The notes beneath the pieces are model-generated. The model had not been told where the DNA came from. It saw only the letters and a list, made by a program, of their open reading frames with translations, and did not search any database. A stretch of DNA of 32,000 nt. It comes from Vibrio alginolyticus NBRC 15630 = ATCC 17749. Lineage in GTDB: Bacteria > Pseudomonadota > Gammaproteobacteria > Enterobacterales > Vibrionaceae. Positions within the stretch are counted from its first letter, which is position 1; each line of letters begins with the position of its first letter. Below, in pieces: positions 27,318 to 32,000 of the stretch. Made by a program: the position numbers and the translations under genes. The stretch lies in assembly GCF_000354175.2 (NCBI RefSeq), contig NC_022349.1, positions 120,001 to 152,000 on the forward strand, in the 5' to 3' direction.

Positions 27318-29753
27318 ATGATTCACACATCTATGGAAATTCGCTCATCACTTAGAAAAAAAAGCATTCTCGCCCTAACACTTTACCTGTGCTTCTTTAT
27401 CGCCACTATCGGTTCTGTCGCCTATTTGGTTGTTGAGCCACCGGTTAGACAAAAGCTAGAGCAAAACCTAGAGTTACGTACCCAACTCCTGGCTCTTGAG
27501 ATAAAAGAGCCCCTCCTCAGTTCTACAGGTGTATTGAGCAGCTTAGTAGGGCTAGCCCAAGGGACTGAAAATATTCAATCTCTCAACACAATAATTCCAC
27601 ATATACTTCAATTGAGTGACAAGATGCTTGTTAGTGGTGGCGTATGGCCTAAACCCGAACTAAAAGCAGAACAATGGAGATATAAAAGTCTATTCTTCAA
27701 TAAAAACAGTGATAGTGGTATTGACCAAATTCACTCCTACAATAACCCCGAATCTGGCGGTTATGATAATGAAGCCTGGTATGTCGCTGCCGCCGATGCT
27801 CCGGTAGGTTCTGTTAGTTGGTCTACGGTTTACATCGATACCTTTACTCAGGTCCAGATGATTACCGCGTCTTCTCCGTACTACCAAAACGGTCGATTCG
27901 CTGGAGTTGTAACGGTAGACCTATCACTTGATGCACTTTTTCAGTTTATTCGAGAGCACACGAACCAGCATTCTTTGGGGGTAGTGGTTCGCGATGCTGA
28001 CTCAAACGTGATTATTGAACACAACTTTCAACTGACGGACGAAATTTATGTCAGCGAGCTTGATTTCGGAGAGTTCGATTGGCGCATGGAAGTTGTCAAC
28101 GCAAAAGCTAAAGTCGCCGATCAAGTGTTTGAACAAGTGATGAGCGTTGAGGGGAGGATCATTCCATTTTTGCTCTTGTGTGTCTTGGTCGGTTACTACT
28201 TACTGAATCGCTATATTGTTGAACCAATTGTTCGCATTGCCGCTAAGATTGATGACTCGAAAACTGGTGGGATCATAGATATTGACTACGATAGCGATGA
28301 CGAAATCGGACAGCTTATCGAGAAGTTCAATGAAAAGACGATCTATTTAGAGCAGGAGAGAATAAAAGCTCAGGCTTCGACAAACGCTAAAACGGCATTC
28401 TTAGCCACATTGTCCCACGAGATTCGCACACCAATGAACGGTGTACTAGGAACTGCCCAGATACTGTTAAAAACACCACTTACCGATGAGCAGCGTAAGC
28501 ACCTGAGAACACTTTATGATTCAGGTGATCACATGATGACATTACTCAATGAGATTTTAGATTACTCAAAAATTGAACAAGGGCATGTTGAGTTTGAAAA
28601 TAAGCCTTTCCCAATTGAGTCGATTATCGGCAGTATCAAGAGTGTTTATCAAACGCTATGTGCAGAAAAAGGTCTTCGCTTTAGAGTAGTCTCGCATTTA
28701 CCAACGGGTCGTTGGTACAACAATGACAAAGCCCGTTTGCGTCAAGTACTGTTCAATCTACTCAATAACGCTGTTAAGTTCACCGATCGTGGCATCGTAG
28801 AGGTAGAGCTAGCCGAGAAATCGAGTAAGGCTGGCACCAAGCTGATACTAAAGGTAAAAGATACAGGGATTGGTATTTCAAAAGAGGCACAAAAACGCAT
28901 TTTTCGTCCTTTTGAGCAAGCAGAGTCATCAACGACTAGACGGTTTGGTGGTACAGGGCTTGGTTTAGCAATAGTCAAAGAAATCGCGGAACATATGGGT
29001 GGGCAAGTGGTTGTAGAGAGTCAGGAGGACGCTGGAACGACTTTTACTGTCGAAATTGCCCTTACACCTTGCAAGCCGGGTAAAGTAGAGTCAATCAATA
29101 CACATAAATTGAACTGTAAAGGGTTGAAAGCACTCATTGTTGAAGACAACCGAACAAATGCGATCATTATGGAAACTTTCCTCCGAGCCAAGGGCTTTGA
29201 GTGCACAAGTGTCGAAAATGGTCAGCTTGCAGTCGATGAGGTTGCGATCAAACCATTTGATTTGATACTGATGGATAATCATATGCCTGTTCTAGATGGC
29301 GTTGGGGCCATATCAGCCATTCGAGCAATGAGTTCACCTGCTAAGTCGGTACTGATTTTTGGCTGTACAGCGGATGTGTTCAAAGAAACACAAGAGCGTA
29401 TGATTAATGTAGGAGCAGACCACATAATAGCGAAACCAATAGTGGAGTCTGAATTAAATGATGCACTGTATCTTCATGCGACACAGTTATATCAGTACCA
29501 ATCGGACTTTGATGGAAATGCAGCAGATAGCTTTAATGCTGAAAAGTGGTTACTCAACTTCTATGTCGCTCTAGATAATGGACATCTTAATGAAGCACTT
29601 GAGGCTATTTCAGCGATCATTGCGGAGGCTCCCCTTGAACTCAGTGGCGACGTTTCTTCAGTCGCCGAACGGATAAGAAGTAACTTAAAGCGTCAGCAAT
29701 CCCCGGACCAAGATGATATCGATACATTAACGATTTTGCTGGCCTCACCATAA
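27318..29753 (+). CDS. Hybrid sensor histidine kinase (TM - Cache-like periplasmic domain - TM - HisKA - HATPase_c - REC - C-terminal extension)
   Basis: 811-aa ORF. The H-box is FLATLSHEIRTPMNGVLG, the N/G boxes are LNNAVKFT and DTGIGI...GGTGLGLAIV, and the receiver domain is ALIVEDNRTNA...LILMDNHMPVLDG...KP. The start could instead be Met6 (27333), and the RBS is poor for both. Confidence 0.88.
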   Translation: MIHTSMEIRSSLRKKSILALTLYLCFFIATIGSVAYLVVEPPVRQKLEQNLELRTQLLALEIKEPLLSSTGVLSSLVGLAQGTENIQSLNTIIPHILQLSDKMLVSGGVWPKPELKAEQWRYKSLFFNKNSDSGIDQIHSYNNPESGGYDNEAWYVAAADAPVGSVSWSTVYIDTFTQVQMITASSPYYQNGRFAGVVTVDLSLDALFQFIREHTNQHSLGVVVRDADSNVIIEHNFQLTDEIYVSELDFGEFDWRMEVVNAKAKVADQVFEQVMSVEGRIIPFLLLCVLVGYYLLNRYIVEPIVRIAAKIDDSKTGGIIDIDYDSDDEIGQLIEKFNEKTIYLEQERIKAQASTNAKTAFLATLSHEIRTPMNGVLGTAQILLKTPLTDEQRKHLRTLYDSGDHMMTLLNEILDYSKIEQGHVEFENKPFPIESIIGSIKSVYQTLCAEKGLRFRVVSHLPTGRWYNNDKARLRQVLFNLLNNAVKFTDRGIVEVELAEKSSKAGTKLILKVKDTGIGISKEAQKRIFRPFEQAESSTTRRFGGTGLGLAIVKEIAEHMGGQVVVESQEDAGTTFTVEIALTPCKPGKVESINTHKLNCKGLKALIVEDNRTNAIIMETFLRAKGFECTSVENGQLAVDEVAIKPFDLILMDNHMPVLDGVGAISAIRAMSSPAKSVLIFGCTADVFKETQERMINVGADHIIAKPIVESELNDALYLHATQLYQYQSDFDGNAADSFNAEKWLLNFYVALDNGHLNEALEAISAIIAEAPLELSGDVSSVAERIRSNLKRQQSPDQDDIDTLTILLASP

Positions 29754-29829
29754 CTGAATCAATATGGCGCAACTGTAAATTGTTCTTACTATTCATACGT
29801 CATCCAGCGTCGTCACAAACTCTTCTAAC

Positions 29830-29860
29830 CTGCAATGAACAGGCTTGCAGTTTTACTTTT
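29830..29860 (+). terminator. Weak terminator candidate after the sensor kinase
   Basis: CTGCAA (29830-29835) / TTGCAG (29845-29850) with a 9-nt loop, then TTTTACTTTT. Confidence 0.35.
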
Positions 29861-30255
29861 ACGAGTAAAGCAGCAAGACCTTCTACTGTGATTATATCGG
29901 TAATACTCTGAATTTTCGCAGCTTGGTAGCATAAGCTATAGGAGTGACTGTTTACAGTCCGAGTTTTGTTCTAACTTTACGTCAAAATAATTATCGTAAC
30001 CCCTTTTTATGTAAGTGAAATCCGTGTTTTTGTACCATTTTTACGTAATTTTAGGCGTTTTTACTCGCCATTGGTGAAAAAAACTACTTTTACTTTAAAA
30101 GTTGGTTATAAATTTACAACTTAATTTTAAATACAGAGCCATAAGCTGGTTTTTGTGTGTTCTAATTGCATCATTAACTGGCTTGATGTCTTTTTAGTGG
30201 TTAATAGTTTTATTATTTTTATTAATTGCAGTGTTTGATTTTAAGGGTTTTGTAA

Positions 30256-30705
30256 ATGAAGTCTCGTGGACCATTTTGTATTCGTCACGCCGCAGCGGAT
30301 ACCTTTGCTATGGTTGTTTTTTGCTTTATCACAGGGATGATTGTCGAGATTTTGATTTCAGGGATGACATTTGAGCAATCTCTAGCATCGCGTACGCTAT
30401 CGATTCCAGTGAATATCGCCATTGCTTGGCCGTATGGGGTTTTTCGTGATTGGGTGCTGCATCAAGGTAGTAAGGTGTCGCCGTCTTCCTTTATGAAAAA
30501 CATCTCTGATCTGGTCGCTTATGTACTATTTCAATCTCCAGTTTATGCGGGTATCTTATTCGCGGTTGGCGCGTCTACAGATCAAATTGTGACCGCAGTG
30601 GCAAGTAACGCTGTTATTTCTTGTGGCATGGGTGTGTTGTATGGGTACTTCTTGGATATGTGCCGCCGTTGGTTCCGTGTTCCCGGTTATTCTCAAAGCA
30701 TGTAA
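30256..30705 (+). CDS. alaE: L-alanine exporter AlaE
   Basis: 149-aa [17 protein letters not shown]...[32 protein letters not shown]...[15 protein letters not shown]...[12 protein letters not shown] is colinear with E. coli AlaE (YgaW), which has the same length. Confidence 0.88.
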   Translation: MKSRGPFCIRHAAADTFAMVVFCFITGMIVEILISGMTFEQSLASRTLSIPVNIAIAWPYGVFRDWVLHQGSKVSPSSFMKNISDLVAYVLFQSPVYAGILFAVGASTDQIVTAVASNAVISCGMGVLYGYFLDMCRRWFRVPGYSQSM

Positions 30706-30780
30706 ATGCCCCAGTTTTGCTCAATTTAGTTACTTAGTGAGCAATCGATTCGAAAAGGGCGCTTTTTTTTATGTTTAGCC

Positions 30781-30809
30781 TTGACCATCAGGCACATAAT
30801 CATTAAATT
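30781..30809 (+). promoter_or_regulatory. Candidate tRNA promoter with GC-rich discriminator
   Basis: TTGACC (30781-30786), a 17-nt spacer, and TAAATT (30804-30809), followed by AGCGCC. It lies about 40 nt upstream of the tRNA. Confidence 0.45.
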
Positions 30810-30849
30810 AGCGCCTCGTTAGCCAATGATGCTAACCAAAATTTGATTC

Positions 30850-30937
30850 GGTGAGTTGTCCGAGTGGCTGAAGGAGCACGCCTGGAAAGTGTGTATACGG
30901 CAACGTATCGAGAGTTCGAATCTCTCACTCACCGCCA
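30850..30937 (+). tRNA. tRNA-Ser (anticodon GGA), class II with long variable arm, CCA encoded
   Basis: 88 nt. The acceptor stem is GGTGAGT/ACTCACC, the anticodon stem-loop is CACGC-CTGGAAA-GTGTG, the variable arm is TATACGGCAACGTATC, and the T-arm is GAGAG-TTCGAAT-CTCTC. It is nearly identical to E. coli tRNA-Ser(GGA) as I recall it. Confidence 0.95.
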
Positions 30938-30946
30938 CATTCTAAG

Positions 30947-30972
30947 AGGTCTGATTTATCAGGCCTTTTTTC
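30947..30972 (+). terminator. Terminator after tRNA-Ser
   Basis: AGGTCTGA (30947-30954) / TCAGGCCT (30959-30966), with one G-T pair and a 4-nt loop, then TTTTTTCGTTTTT. Confidence 0.75.
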
Positions 30973-31020
30973 GTTTTTAAGGCTTATTGAGATAACGCTA
31001 GCCCACACTGGAGCTAACAC

Positions 31021-32000
31021 ATGTTATCGAATCAAAGGCTATCTTCTAGAAAATCACTTTACCTTATTACCAGTAGGACGGGTGTTTTTACGTTCCGCTG
31101 GAATCTTAGAGTTAATGGTAAACACCACCAGCCAACATTGAGTCTAAAAACGAGAGACTACCTCCAAGCGGTTAAGCTCGCGTCAGAAATAGCAATTCGC
31201 ATACAGCAAATTACTCTCCCAACCTTAGAAGACATCAAGTCAATCTACAGCGACTTCAAAGGCTCTCAGTCCAAGCAAGCTCTTTTGCTTCAGAGTATTG
31301 ATATCTCTAATCATCTAACAGACCTCAGTATCAAAAGCCAAACAGAATACAGAAACTGTTGGAATAGCTTTGTTAGCTCTGTAAGCCCATCAACGACGCT
31401 AGACAGTGTCAGACAGTCACACATTGAGCAATGGAAGAAAACCCAAACTTGTAGCCTTACTACTATGAAGAAGAAGCTTAGATTGCTGTCTAGTTGTTTC
31501 GGGAGAGTTGGTCATAAAGTAGAACAAGATTGGCTTAAAGTAGCAGTTGAAAAGACACCAGTTAGACCCAAGCGAGCTATAACCAAGCAGGAGCTAGGAA
31601 AGCTACTGAAAGCCACACAGTGCTATAAAAAGAGCAAGGATGAGTGGAAGTATTATCTTCCTCGCATAGCGGCTCTAACAGGCTGTAGGCTCAATGAAAT
31701 AGCTCAGTTGAGGGTAAGTGATGTTCAATTGGGAGATGAGCCAACATTGAGCATAAATGACGAGCATGATGATAAAAAACTAAAGAATTCATCGAGTAAA
31801 CGAGCCTTGCCAATTACTAATCCTTTACTGAATTTACTCAATGAGTTGGTTGCAGGTAAAGGAAAGAATGAACACTTATTCACTCTTCCATACAGTAAAC
31901 AGAATGGCTACTCAGGAAAGCCTAGTAAGTACTTCTCAGTGCTTCTAAAGTCTTTAGATATAAGAGGTGTGTCATTTCACTCTTTACGCCACTACGTGAT
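31021..32000 (+). CDS. Tyrosine recombinase / phage-type integrase, N-terminal ~326 aa (3' end beyond the window; absent from the ORF track)
   Basis: Hand translation from the ATG at 31021 is open to the window edge: MLSNQRLSSRKSLYLITSRTGVFTFRWNL...LPRIAALTGCRLNEIAQLRVSDV (box I Arg)...KLKNSSSKRALPI...VSFHSLRHYV (box II H-x-x-R). The catalytic Tyr would lie downstream. Confidence 0.85.
   Translation, partial: MLSNQRLSSRKSLYLITSRTGVFTFRWNLRVNGKHHQPTLSLKTRDYLQAVKLASEIAIRIQQITLPTLEDIKSIYSDFKGSQSKQALLLQSIDISNHLTDLSIKSQTEYRNCWNSFVSSVSPSTTLDSVRQSHIEQWKKTQTCSLTTMKKKLRLLSSCFGRVGHKVEQDWLKVAVEKTPVRPKRAITKQELGKLLKATQCYKKSKDEWKYYLPRIAALTGCRLNEIAQLRVSDVQLGDEPTLSINDEHDDKKLKNSSSKRALPITNPLLNLLNELVAGKGKNEHLFTLPYSKQNGYSGKPSKYFSVLLKSLDIRGVSFHSLRHYV

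Larger units (their letters stand above)
30938..32000 (+). mobile_element. Left end of a probable tRNA-Ser-associated integrative genomic island (extends beyond the window)
   Basis: The integrase starts 83 bp after the tRNA 3' end. Two sampled 60-nt lines (31021-31080 and 31741-31800) are 35% and 32% G+C by hand count. The integrase uses many AGA/AGG Arg codons, unlike the CGT/CGC usage of the core genes. The exact att boundary is not determinable from this window. Confidence 0.55.

Noticed and set aside
29460-29753. Calling the sensor kinase C-terminal extension an HPt domain
   Set aside because: The only nearby His (DNGHLNEALEA) is not in an HxxKG context. Without a profile search the HPt assignment cannot be supported, so it is reported only as an open question.

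Overview
The window looks like core chromosome from a Vibrio-like gammaproteobacterium; this is inferred from gene content and order and from protein similarity to E. coli orthologues recalled from memory, with no database search run. The gene order is: mukB 3' end; an uncharacterised minus-strand three-gene operon (retropepsin-like lipoprotein, 7TM/transglutaminase-like membrane protein, RimK-like ATP-grasp ligase); cmoB-cmoA; a DUF72 gene; aspS; yebC; ruvC; ruvA; ruvB; cydA-cydB-cydX-ybgE; ybgC-tolQ-tolR-tolA-tolB-pal-cpoB; and nadA. These are followed by a tightly coupled four-gene operon (K+ channel, DUF350/YjfL, DUF1190/YjfM, glutathionylspermidine-synthase-like ATP-grasp YjfC), a UPF0149 gene, an orphan hybrid Cache sensor kinase, alaE and tRNA-Ser(GGA). 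A low-GC tyrosine integrase then runs off the right edge and probably marks the start of a genomic island. No CRISPR array, rRNA or IS element was seen. The best candidates for undescribed biology are the two ATP-grasp amide-ligase operons (1052-4287 and 23384-26596) and the tRNA-Ser island, whose cargo lies outside the window. Several ORF-track starts were moved to conserved N-termini (cmoA, ruvA, ruvB, cydA, nadA, DUF1190, UPF0149). Three features absent from the track were added by hand translation: cydX, a 50-aa acidic ORF, and the integrase.
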